Origin: Nitrospinales bacterium | Lineage (GTDB): Bacteria; Nitrospinota; Nitrospinia; Nitrospinales; VA-1 | Assembly (NCBI GenBank): GCA_965262115.1 | Contig: OZ253496.1 | Span: forward strand, 1,824,001 to 1,888,000 | Direction of reading: 5' to 3' | DNA: 64,000 nt | In this document: positions 56,266-64,000 of the stretch, in pieces | Numbering within the stretch: position 1 is the stretch's first letter | How the letters are laid out: every line of letters begins with the position of its first letter | Made by a program: the position numbers and the translations under genes | The notes under the pieces: generated by a model | What the model saw: the letters and a program-made list of their open reading frames with translations, nothing else | The model's database searches: none | Told to the model about the DNA's origin: nothing

Positions 56266-57276
56266 CTAGTGGTAATGGAACATCTGGTTGACGCATTGGA
56301 GGGCGCGCTGCTGGGTTTCCGGGTCGAGGGTGATGGTGTTTTCTGGACCGGGGTTTTCGAGGACGTTGAGTATACCTTCCAAAGAATTGGACTTCATATA
56401 TTTGCAGAGTGTACAACTTCCGGCAAAGGTTTTTTGCGGGAACTCGGATTGCAGAACACCGGTCAACCCGCACTCCGTCACCAGAAAAAAGGAGTCGCCG
56501 CTGGATTCTCTTACATGGTTGAGCATCTGGCTAGTGCTTCCCACATAATCGGCCTTACCCACCACCGAAGAACTGCATTCGGGGTGAACGAGAATTTCCA
56601 CACCCTCAAAGTTTCTCCGCACCTGGTCTATACTTTCCGGCTGATATTCTTCATGAACGTAGCAGGTGCCATCCCAGAGCTGGATATCCTTATTCAGACC
56701 CTTGGATTTGAAATGGTTGATCACATTTTCACCCATGAGCCGGTCGGGCAGAAAATAAATCTTGTTATTGGGAATTTTTTCAATAATAGAGTAAACATTC
56801 GAAGAGGTGACGCACACATCACACTGGGCTTTCACCTCGGCGGTCGTGTTGATGTAGCAAACGAAGGTGTGATCGGAAAACTCTTTGCGGAGCCTTATGA
56901 CATCTTCTGCCGTTATGCCGTCGGCCAGGGAGCAACCGCCATTGGGATTGGGATCAAGCACAGTTTTTTGAGGATTGAGAATCTTGGCGGTCTCAGCCAT
57001 AAAGCGCACCGCCGCAAAAACGATGACATCGGCATTGGATTCCTTAGCTTTTTTCGACAGGCCATAAGAGTCGCCGGTGTGATCGGCAACACTGTAATAA
57101 ATTTGCGGCGCGACATAATTATGCGCGAGGATGATGGCATTTTTTTCGCACTTGAGGTATTCAATCTTTCTGATGGTGGGTAGCAACAACTCGCAATTTT
57201 CCTGAGTGAACTTGCAAATAGGATTGCCCACCTGAATATCTTTAAGCTTTTCGTATAATTGTTCTGCGGTAACCAT
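56266..57276 (-). CDS. nadA: Quinolinate synthase
   Basis: ILAHNY, GDS, FMAETAKIL, GCSLA, YINT, CYVH, HPEC, GSTS, CKYMK. Confidence 0.95.
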   Translation of the reverse strand: MVTAEQLYEKLKDIQVGNPICKFTQENCELLLPTIRKIEYLKCEKNAIILAHNYVAPQIYYSVADHTGDSYGLSKKAKESNADVIVFAAVRFMAETAKILNPQKTVLDPNPNGGCSLADGITAEDVIRLRKEFSDHTFVCYINTTAEVKAQCDVCVTSSNVYSIIEKIPNNKIYFLPDRLMGENVINHFKSKGLNKDIQLWDGTCYVHEEYQPESIDQVRRNFEGVEILVHPECSSSVVGKADYVGSTSQMLNHVRESSGDSFFLVTECGLTGVLQSEFPQKTFAGSCTLCKYMKSNSLEGILNVLENPGPENTITLDPETQQRALQCVNQMFHYH

Positions 57277-57464
57277 AAGTTTTCCTTACCGGCATGGGCG
57301 GCGAACCGCCGCTGGCAACTAGCAATATCTTTTATCTTGCCTCAAACGGTTTCTCGGCTTAAGGACAAGCAGTCAAACAATGGCTCTTTAAGCCGAGACA
57401 ACTCTTTGCCAGCCAAACAAAGCTATTGCTCATCATGGTCCAGCGTCACGCTGGCGCCAAGTGG

Positions 57465-57809
57465 CTAACCCGGCGGCCAGTTCATGGCGCGACCGCCTAA
57501 AAGATGATAATGAATATGATACACCGACTGCCCGGCCCCGGCACCACAATTGACCACCAACCGAAACCCTGATTTATCGAGGCCCCTTTCCTTCGCCAGT
57601 TGGTTTGCCACACTGATCACCGAACCCATCAACGTATGATCCTTCTCCTCGACATCCAGCAAGGTAGCCTGATGGATTCGAGGGATGATCAGGATATGCG
57701 TAGGAGCTTGCGGGTTAATATCATTGATCGCGAACAAGGCGTCCGATTCATAAACCTTATCTGAAGAGATGGTCCCCTCGCTGATTTTGCAGAACAGGCA
57801 ATCACTCAT
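57465..57809 (-). CDS. HIT-family nucleotide hydrolase (HinT-like)
   Basis: DCLFCKI, DINPQAPTH, HIHYH, WPPG. Confidence 0.93.
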   Translation of the reverse strand: MSDCLFCKISEGTISSDKVYESDALFAINDINPQAPTHILIIPRIHQATLLDVEEKDHTLMGSVISVANQLAKERGLDKSGFRLVVNCGAGAGQSVYHIHYHLLGGRAMNWPPG

Positions 57810-59304
57810 AAGGTTTTTTTCCGCGTCGCTCCGGGTTTCCTATATCCTGTTTATTTTCCTGGTGGGGCAGAGAATCAAACTGCTCAAGATGCTCTATAAT
57901 TTCTTCTTTATAGGAGATAAATGGATCGAGCATCAGAAACGGTTCGTCAGTTTTACTCAGGCGAAATCCGATCCAGTCTATGAGATAACCCATGTGGGAA
58001 TGCTGGTTCATGAGCCTTTTAACAAGCTCTCCCCGGCCATGCGCACGGGTTCCTCTTGGAGGATTGACTTTTGAGAAGTCGACAGCCTCATCGGTAGTTT
58101 TGCGGTAACCATCGCCACTGGCTTCCAATCCCCAGAACAAACCGGTTTCCTTATTCAGGTTATGGTATTCCAGATCCAGGCTTTTGAGCCAGGGGTCATG
58201 CCATTCCAGGTTTTCTTCGTTTCTAAACTCGTTGAGCATCCAATACTTGCTGGCCCAGTCCACTCGGCCGATCACCGCTTCCGGTCCTTTAGGTAAATCG
58301 GCCAAGACCGATTCCCAGCCCTCCAGAATCCAGCCGGTCTCCCGATTTGTCCCGGCCAGATGTTCCTTACAGGTATTTAAAATATCCCATTGCAGCTCCA
58401 GAGCGGTGGAAGATTTTCCCGAAGCCAGCTTCACCTCCCATTTAAAATCCGGATCGCGGGAAATGGAACGCATGGCAAAAACCGAGTCCGCAAGAATCCA
58501 TTCCCGTTTGGCGACGCCCAACTGCATGATTTCCAGCATGAGGGTTGTGGTTCCCATTTTCATGGCGGTGGCAAACTCACTCATCGTCGAGTCACCAACC
58601 AAAAGATGAATGCGCCGGTATTTGCTCGGGTCCGACAATGGCTCGTCGCGGGTATTGACAATCGCCCGGTTATATTGCACCCACCGGTAAAATTCATTGG
58701 GAATATGGTCAGCCCTTTGTGACAGCTGAAAGTTCACCTCATCGCCCTGGTTTTCATAAGGCGTGATGCCATCCCAATCCCGAAACGGGTGGGGATCGCA
58801 GGAACCGATGCGGCCCGCACCGCAATAAATCAGTCGAGTGGTTAAAAAGGAAGAAAGCAGTTTCAGGTTGTCGCGCTCATCGAAAGGGAATCCTCTACTG
58901 ACCAGATAATTCTCGTGGCAGCCGAACGTCGCGCTGGTTTCAAGATCCACATTGTTCTTGATGAACGAAACATGATCGGCCCAGCCCAACTCCTCTACCG
59001 CTTCCTGAATCAGCGTGTCGCCGGCGCGGTCAAAAGTCACCAGGTCAACAAGATTGGAACATTCCGGAGAGGCGTATTCCAAATGCCCCATGTCGAGATA
59101 CAAGCGCCCACCGTTAAGCAGAAACCCGCCGTTACCGGGGGGCTCATCGTTAGCGCGGTAGTGAAGGTCCAGCACACCATGATTTTTTGAGAAAACATGG
59201 TTCTTGACCTTGTTGGCCACTTCCATGGAATCGAGAGGGAACTCTGTATCATTTTTGATCAGCAGGCCGTATTCCGTTTCGATACCGTAGATGCGCTTTT
59301 TCAT
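57802..59304 (-). CDS. pafA: PafA-type Pup/UBact-protein ligase
   Basis: GIETEYG, NGGRLYLDMGHLEYA, GCHENY, NTRDEP, RRIHL. Confidence 0.88.
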   Translation of the reverse strand: MKKRIYGIETEYGLLIKNDTEFPLDSMEVANKVKNHVFSKNHGVLDLHYRANDEPPGNGGFLLNGGRLYLDMGHLEYASPECSNLVDLVTFDRAGDTLIQEAVEELGWADHVSFIKNNVDLETSATFGCHENYLVSRGFPFDERDNLKLLSSFLTTRLIYCGAGRIGSCDPHPFRDWDGITPYENQGDEVNFQLSQRADHIPNEFYRWVQYNRAIVNTRDEPLSDPSKYRRIHLLVGDSTMSEFATAMKMGTTTLMLEIMQLGVAKREWILADSVFAMRSISRDPDFKWEVKLASGKSSTALELQWDILNTCKEHLAGTNRETGWILEGWESVLADLPKGPEAVIGRVDWASKYWMLNEFRNEENLEWHDPWLKSLDLEYHNLNKETGLFWGLEASGDGYRKTTDEAVDFSKVNPPRGTRAHGRGELVKRLMNQHSHMGYLIDWIGFRLSKTDEPFLMLDPFISYKEEIIEHLEQFDSLPHQENKQDIGNPERRGKKPYE

Positions 59305-59323
59305 TTCAGGGTGCCTTTTATAT

Positions 59324-60124
59324 TTAACCTCTCTTAAGAGAGGATTTACATAGTTTCGCCAGATCCTTATCGTTCAAAAACTGGTACCCCGCCTCGGTGA
59401 CCAATGCCACGGTAGGAAAAATTTCATCTTCCGGACGGGCTTTGCCGGTTGCAGAATCAAACTGTGCCGCAGTCTGCAAAAGCCGGATGGCCAAGGTGAC
59501 CGCATCGCTTTCCGACCTTTCTACCAGAGGCTTTTCTCCCCAGAGGTCTTCATGTTCCAGAATTCCCCGAATGGTCGGCGAACCAGAGCCGGTCGCGGTA
59601 TGGGTGCTGATCCTGAAATCGGCTCCCAACATATCGTAAAAATGTATCGCCGCCTTTTTAGATTTCAAATCATAAGTGGCAAATATAGGACTCACCGCGC
59701 CCAACCCCTGCACCGCCATCCCGACATTCTCTTTCAGCAGTTTTGATAAGGCGCGGATTTTCCCTTCCACACTCATGGTCTGCATCTGCGACCGCCGGTA
59801 GTATTCAAAATTATGCGTGAGAACCCGTGCCATCTCGAAAGCCGTAGCAGGAACCCCGGCAATCGCCATGAGCGTATAATCGTCGATGGGAATGACCTTG
59901 TCGCAACGTTCATACATGATACTGTTGCCCGCCGTGGCCCGTCGGTCCCCGGCAACAATCACGCCATTCCTAAAGTGGAAGGCGAGAACCGTGGTGCCCT
60001 GCGTTACTGCAATGCCGCTTGGCGCCTGCGAAGAATCAATGCGGGTATGCCAGCGATAGCCGGATTTTTCCAGTAGCTCGAAAAAATCTCCGGGCGAAGT
60101 ATGAGGATCTGTTTGAAAACTCAT
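59324..60124 (-). CDS. prcB: 20S proteasome beta subunit
   Basis: Propeptide then G|TT, AGDRRATAG, GSGS, DSATG. Confidence 0.92.
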   Translation of the reverse strand: MSFQTDPHTSPGDFFELLEKSGYRWHTRIDSSQAPSGIAVTQGTTVLAFHFRNGVIVAGDRRATAGNSIMYERCDKVIPIDDYTLMAIAGVPATAFEMARVLTHNFEYYRRSQMQTMSVEGKIRALSKLLKENVGMAVQGLGAVSPIFATYDLKSKKAAIHFYDMLGADFRISTHTATGSGSPTIRGILEHEDLWGEKPLVERSESDAVTLAIRLLQTAAQFDSATGKARPEDEIFPTVALVTEAGYQFLNDKDLAKLCKSSLKRG

Positions 60125-60297
60125 TGACCGGTTCTCTGTTTGTATTTTTCAGATTGTTTCGGGTCCACCTTTTTCATCCGCTTCAAAAGATTATCCTTTC
60201 CCGGCCGTGAAGGTTCCGGGCTGGAAGGGCCGGAATCATCGCGATCTGGACTGGTTTCTTTTTTTTCTTCCCTTCTCAGGGGATCATTCATTTCCAT
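60121..60297 (-). CDS. ubact: UBact ubiquitin-like modifier, 58 aa (not in ORF track)
   Basis: MEMNDPLRREEKKETSPDRDDSGPSSPEPSRPGKDNLLKRMKKVDPKQSEKYKQRTGQ; AGGAG RBS; stop overlaps prcB ATG. Confidence 0.92.
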   Translation of the reverse strand: MEMNDPLRREEKKETSPDRDDSGPSSPEPSRPGKDNLLKRMKKVDPKQSEKYKQRTGQ

Positions 60298-60347
60298 GGG
60301 ATCAACTCCTTTTGTTGCCAGGCCGTTTCTGCCTCTTCACCCGAGCA

Positions 60348-61082
60348 TTAACCGACCGATGATTTTAACTTACCAATATCTTCTTTCGTAAGCGCTCTGT
60401 AAATGGCTCTTCGCTCCACCTTTCCCGATAACACGGCGGCCTCAAGATACCATTGATCAAAAGCCTCTTTCAAAGTCTTGGGCATATTTTCATCGTCTTC
60501 TTCCTGCTTTCTACTTTCATCCCAAAGGTGGCAGGTTTCCTTTAAAGCTTTATTCAGCGGAAACGTCGCAAAGGGGGTATCCTGAATTTTTTTCTGCACC
60601 TCCTCCATGACTTTTTCATTACCGGCGATAACGGTTCCATTTTTAAATGTTTCCCAATGTCCATCATAGTTCACACGAAAAAAGTGAGGATGGCCATCAC
60701 CGTCCAGTTCAGCAAGAAGAAGGCGAATGATATAAGGAGCCCGTTGGATTTCCTCAAAATTCTGTTTGAGTGCGGGAGCGATGCCAAACTGCAGCAACCT
60801 TGCCAATGTCACATCTTGAGCCGAACGGTTGAATCCTTCCAGATGCGCCATATCCAAAAGCGTCATGCGCAGCCGTTCCACATCAGCAGGGTGACCCACG
60901 CCGCCCAGGGCGATGCGGTCATAGACTTCGAATATTTTTCCCGGCTGGGGAGCAAACCCCATAATCAGCACCCCTTCATTGAAAGGAACCGACAATACCG
61001 GCTGACCCATTTTCAGCTTTTCCTGAACATAACTGTGGCGGGTGGAAACCGCTTCCATCCAGCGATACGGCTCTTCAAACAT
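60348..61082 (-). CDS. prcA: 20S proteasome alpha subunit
   Basis: KIFEVYDRIALGGVG..D.E.LR; position in operon. Confidence 0.85.
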   Translation of the reverse strand: MFEEPYRWMEAVSTRHSYVQEKLKMGQPVLSVPFNEGVLIMGFAPQPGKIFEVYDRIALGGVGHPADVERLRMTLLDMAHLEGFNRSAQDVTLARLLQFGIAPALKQNFEEIQRAPYIIRLLLAELDGDGHPHFFRVNYDGHWETFKNGTVIAGNEKVMEEVQKKIQDTPFATFPLNKALKETCHLWDESRKQEEDDENMPKTLKEAFDQWYLEAAVLSGKVERRAIYRALTKEDIGKLKSSVG

Positions 61083-61166
61083 TTTTAACTGTCCCCTCTA
61101 GTCCCATAGCGAGTTTTCCCTTAAAATGAGGATACTTAAAAACCCCTTCACTCTTCCTCTGTTGTG

Positions 61167-62627
61167 CTAAACCAGTTGTTTGCTGGAGTTGAGAATCTCT
61201 TCAACCTCTTCGGAGCCAATGACTCCGGTCAAATCGAGAATCTCTCCGTTCATAAACTCAACTCCGGTCCAATGAATGCTTTTTATTTTCTCCGCTCCTT
61301 GAGCCACCGCCTGCCCTCTTATCTGGGCACGGGTTCCTGTTGGAGGCGACTCAACAGCCCGGGCGATTTCTTCTTCACTGAGCAGGGAATAAACATCCCC
61401 CTCCTGCTGCAATCCCAGATACAATCCGCGATCAGGGTCCAGATTATGGTATTCCAAATCCAGGCTCTTGAGCAAGGGGTCCTCCCAGCCAATGCCCTCG
61501 GACTGCATGAACCCGGTAAATAGTTTTTCCTTGATCGCCCAGTCGATGCGATCCGAAAGTTTTTCCGGACTGTGCCGAAGTTCATCCAGTGTCTTTTTCC
61601 ATTCCGCAAGAATCCAGTCCCACTCGCGATCCTTTCCGGCAAAGGCTTTTTCTACCGCCTCTAAATACGCTTCCTGAATCTCAAGAGCCGTGATAGTACC
61701 ACTAGTCTTGCGACGTAAAACTGCAGTTTTGTCGAGAGACACTCTTAACACATCGGCCACTGGGTCCGCCAATTCCAAATGGAGAAGTTTCTCCTCACGG
61801 GCGATCAGATTGAGAACCAGCGATGTACTCCCCACCTTCAGGGCCGTGGCATAAGCGGACATATTGGCATCGCCGAGAATTAAATGCAAACGCCGATACC
61901 GACTGCTCACCGCATGCGGTTCGTCCCGGGTATTGATGAGGGGACGCTTCGTCATGGTCTCGATGCTTAAAACTGTCTCGATAAAGTCGGACCGCTGGGC
62001 CAACTGCAACCCCTGAAAATCACTAGCGTTTTCTGATCCCACTTTTCCTGCCCCGGCATACAACTGGCGCGTCACCAGAAAAGGAGCCAGCCCTTTTACC
62101 ACATCTTCGAAGGGAGTTTCTCTGGGGATGAGATAGTTATCATGAGTTCCATAACTATGGCCGCTGTAATCGGTATTATTTTTGAACACCTGAAGCGGTT
62201 TGCCCTCCAGCTCGCGGTTGCGAATGGCCACGCATTCGGCGACAATCCGCTCGCCCGCCACATCGTGCGCAACCAGAGATAACACCGACCGGCATTCCGG
62301 GGTGCTGTATTCTGGATGAGTATGATCATTATAAAACCGGGCACCATTTGTCAAAACCCGGTCGCACTTCATATCTAAATAAGAATAAGGCCTTTTACGA
62401 TCTTCGGCGCAAAAGGCATCTTCTTCTTCATCCTGAGCCAAAGACCCCACCCGAAACCCACGCATATCCAGATGCGAGTTCTCCTGCGAGTAGGCCCATT
62501 TGCCAAACACGCTTTTGCGTTCGCAGGCCTTTAAAAGTTTCATGGACTCTTCAACCGGGTCGGAATTTTCCATATCTTCCCGGACTATCCCATACTCGGT
62601 CTCCATACCCAGGAGAGAAACACTCAT
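61167..62627 (-). CDS. dop: Dop-type deamidase/depupylase
   Basis: GMETEYG, Dop-loop insert, NGARFYNDHTHPEYSTPE, KNNTD..SYGTHDNY. Confidence 0.88.
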   Translation of the reverse strand: MSVSLLGMETEYGIVREDMENSDPVEESMKLLKACERKSVFGKWAYSQENSHLDMRGFRVGSLAQDEEEDAFCAEDRKRPYSYLDMKCDRVLTNGARFYNDHTHPEYSTPECRSVLSLVAHDVAGERIVAECVAIRNRELEGKPLQVFKNNTDYSGHSYGTHDNYLIPRETPFEDVVKGLAPFLVTRQLYAGAGKVGSENASDFQGLQLAQRSDFIETVLSIETMTKRPLINTRDEPHAVSSRYRRLHLILGDANMSAYATALKVGSTSLVLNLIAREEKLLHLELADPVADVLRVSLDKTAVLRRKTSGTITALEIQEAYLEAVEKAFAGKDREWDWILAEWKKTLDELRHSPEKLSDRIDWAIKEKLFTGFMQSEGIGWEDPLLKSLDLEYHNLDPDRGLYLGLQQEGDVYSLLSEEEIARAVESPPTGTRAQIRGQAVAQGAEKIKSIHWTGVEFMNGEILDLTGVIGSEEVEEILNSSKQLV

Positions 62628-64000
62628 ATGATAGACCTGCGAATCGTGTTTTCGGTGGCCCTATCCGATTCTCTGGGCTTTCTCACCCGCACAACATTTT
62701 TTGATTCCATATCCAAAAGCTGAAGCCAGTCTTCCATATTGGATTCCGCAGGAAGCAGGTTGCCTTCCTCAAATTCAGCCTCCAGTGAAACAATAAGATC
62801 GTCCACTGTCATACACAGCGTTTCACCCTGAATCGCCCGTTCAATGGATCTCTCTTTAGCGCGTTTCATGATTCCCTCAATAACCGCACCGGAAATGAAA
62901 TCGTTCCAGTACAGTTTTTTGGTGCCGCCGCTTCTTAAAGTCAACACCAGCACTTCCTGTTCCGAACTGCGGTCAAACAGGCGATCCAGAAATGGTTCGG
63001 CCATGGCGTCAAAATCTTCATGTTCACGGGGCAATCCGTCTTTCAGGTAAACACGCAGGATAGCTTTAGACTCTTCACGGTTGGGGCGCGACACTTTGAT
63101 CTTTCTGTCAATTCTGCCGGGCCGGATGACAGCCGGGTCGATCAGGTCGGGCCGGTTGGTCGCCAGAATCACTACCGTTTCGCGAAGGGATTGGATGCCA
63201 TCCATCTCCGCGCAAAACATGGGGACCACCGTGTTGCTGATGTTCGATCCGCGCCACGCCTGCCGGGTTCCCAGAATGGATTCCGCTTCATCTATAAATA
63301 TGAAAGGAATCTGACCTTTTTCTTTATAGTCCCGGGCTTTCTTAAAAATTTCACGGATTTTACGTTCCGATTCCCCCAGCCACATATTGAGGATCTCCGG
63401 TCCTTTGACATGAATAAACCGGCCCTGCAGTTCGGAATTTTCCTGCTCGGAAAGTTTGCGGATCACTTCGGTGAGAATCGCTTTTCCTATGAGAGTTTTT
63501 CCGCAACCCGGAGGACCATAAAACAAAAACCCTTTGGGCACCTGATATTCCATCTGGCTCAGAATTTCTTTGTGCAGGAGCGGATATTCGAGGACTTTGC
63601 GCACCTCTTCTTTTACTTTTTCCTGTCCGCCCACCTGTGACCATTCCACATGTTCATAATCATCTTCGACCAGAGTGCGGGACTCGCGTTTAGAAAGTTT
63701 TCCTAAAATAACCCTTTGGTTACTGTCGAGAAAAATTTCTTCCCCCTCTTTCAGCCCGGTTTCATCCAGACCCTCTCGGACCAAAACAATCGTCTCGGTA
63801 TTGCCGGTCGCCGCCTGCACCAGCCATTGCCCACCGGCAAGCTTTCCGGAAATTTTTGCTAGTGCCCCCTGAGTGGGAAAAGGTAGTAGGGCAATCACCA
63901 CAAATCCTTCATTGAGCGCGACCTGATCACCGGTTTTCAATCCCTCATTTTCCGTAAGTTCCGGGACGACCGCAGCCTGGTATTCCGTGCCTCCGGAAAC
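62624..64000 (-). CDS. arc: Proteasomal AAA+ ATPase ARC/Mpa (5' end outside window)
   Basis: OB domain (GDQVALNE), GPPGCGKT, IFIDE, ATNRPDLIDPAVIRPGRID. Confidence 0.9.
   Translation of the reverse strand, partial: VSGGTEYQAAVVPELTENEGLKTGDQVALNEGFVVIALLPFPTQGALAKISGKLAGGQWLVQAATGNTETIVLVREGLDETGLKEGEEIFLDSNQRVILGKLSKRESRTLVEDDYEHVEWSQVGGQEKVKEEVRKVLEYPLLHKEILSQMEYQVPKGFLFYGPPGCGKTLIGKAILTEVIRKLSEQENSELQGRFIHVKGPEILNMWLGESERKIREIFKKARDYKEKGQIPFIFIDEAESILGTRQAWRGSNISNTVVPMFCAEMDGIQSLRETVVILATNRPDLIDPAVIRPGRIDRKIKVSRPNREESKAILRVYLKDGLPREHEDFDAMAEPFLDRLFDRSSEQEVLVLTLRSGGTKKLYWNDFISGAVIEGIMKRAKERSIERAIQGETLCMTVDDLIVSLEAEFEEGNLLPAESNMEDWLQLLDMESKNVVRVRKPRESDRATENTIRRSII

Noticed and set aside
56254..57183. 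309-aa plus-strand ORF and other long antisense ORFs (e.g. 27350-28549, 45253-45990, 47317-48063)
   Set aside because: They are shadows of nadA, lexA-dinB, sppA and aroC with no recognisable motifs.

Overview
64-kb bacterial chromosomal segment. The UBact-type proteasome operon, monomeric Icd/Mdh and general gene content point to a Nitrospina-like (Nitrospinota) organism; this is inference. Core genes include smc, pyrF, lexA-dinB, mdh-icd, glnD, pheA-tyrA-cmk-rpsA-sppA-ihfB, aroC, an RpoH-like sigma factor, fumC, nadA and an arc-dop-prcA-ubact-prcB-pafA operon whose 58-aa modifier gene is missing from the ORF track. Several genes are decayed. The most striking signals are in the intergenic DNA, which holds a nested set of tiny repeats. 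(1) A 39-41 bp hairpin unit occurs about 20 times. It inserts without target duplication into other repeats and into itself, and its terminal base co-varies Watson-Crick with the base at the foot of its hairpin, reminiscent of HUH/REP guide logic. (2) An IS110 (IS621-like) element sits in the hairpin of one such unit. Its non-coding left end contains a readable bridge RNA whose four guides match this unit and the element's own donor junction, and a sigma70 promoter would form only on circularisation. (3) GAGACCTTTGC-ended MITEs have flanks that are inverted rather than direct duplications at two sites. (4) A repeat family overlaps or supplies gene stop codons. Also notable are a GlnD lacking its HD motif, a repeat-bracketed HEPN-like gene, phased operator-like repeats upstream of a Fic gene and tandem NrdR-like boxes upstream of smc.
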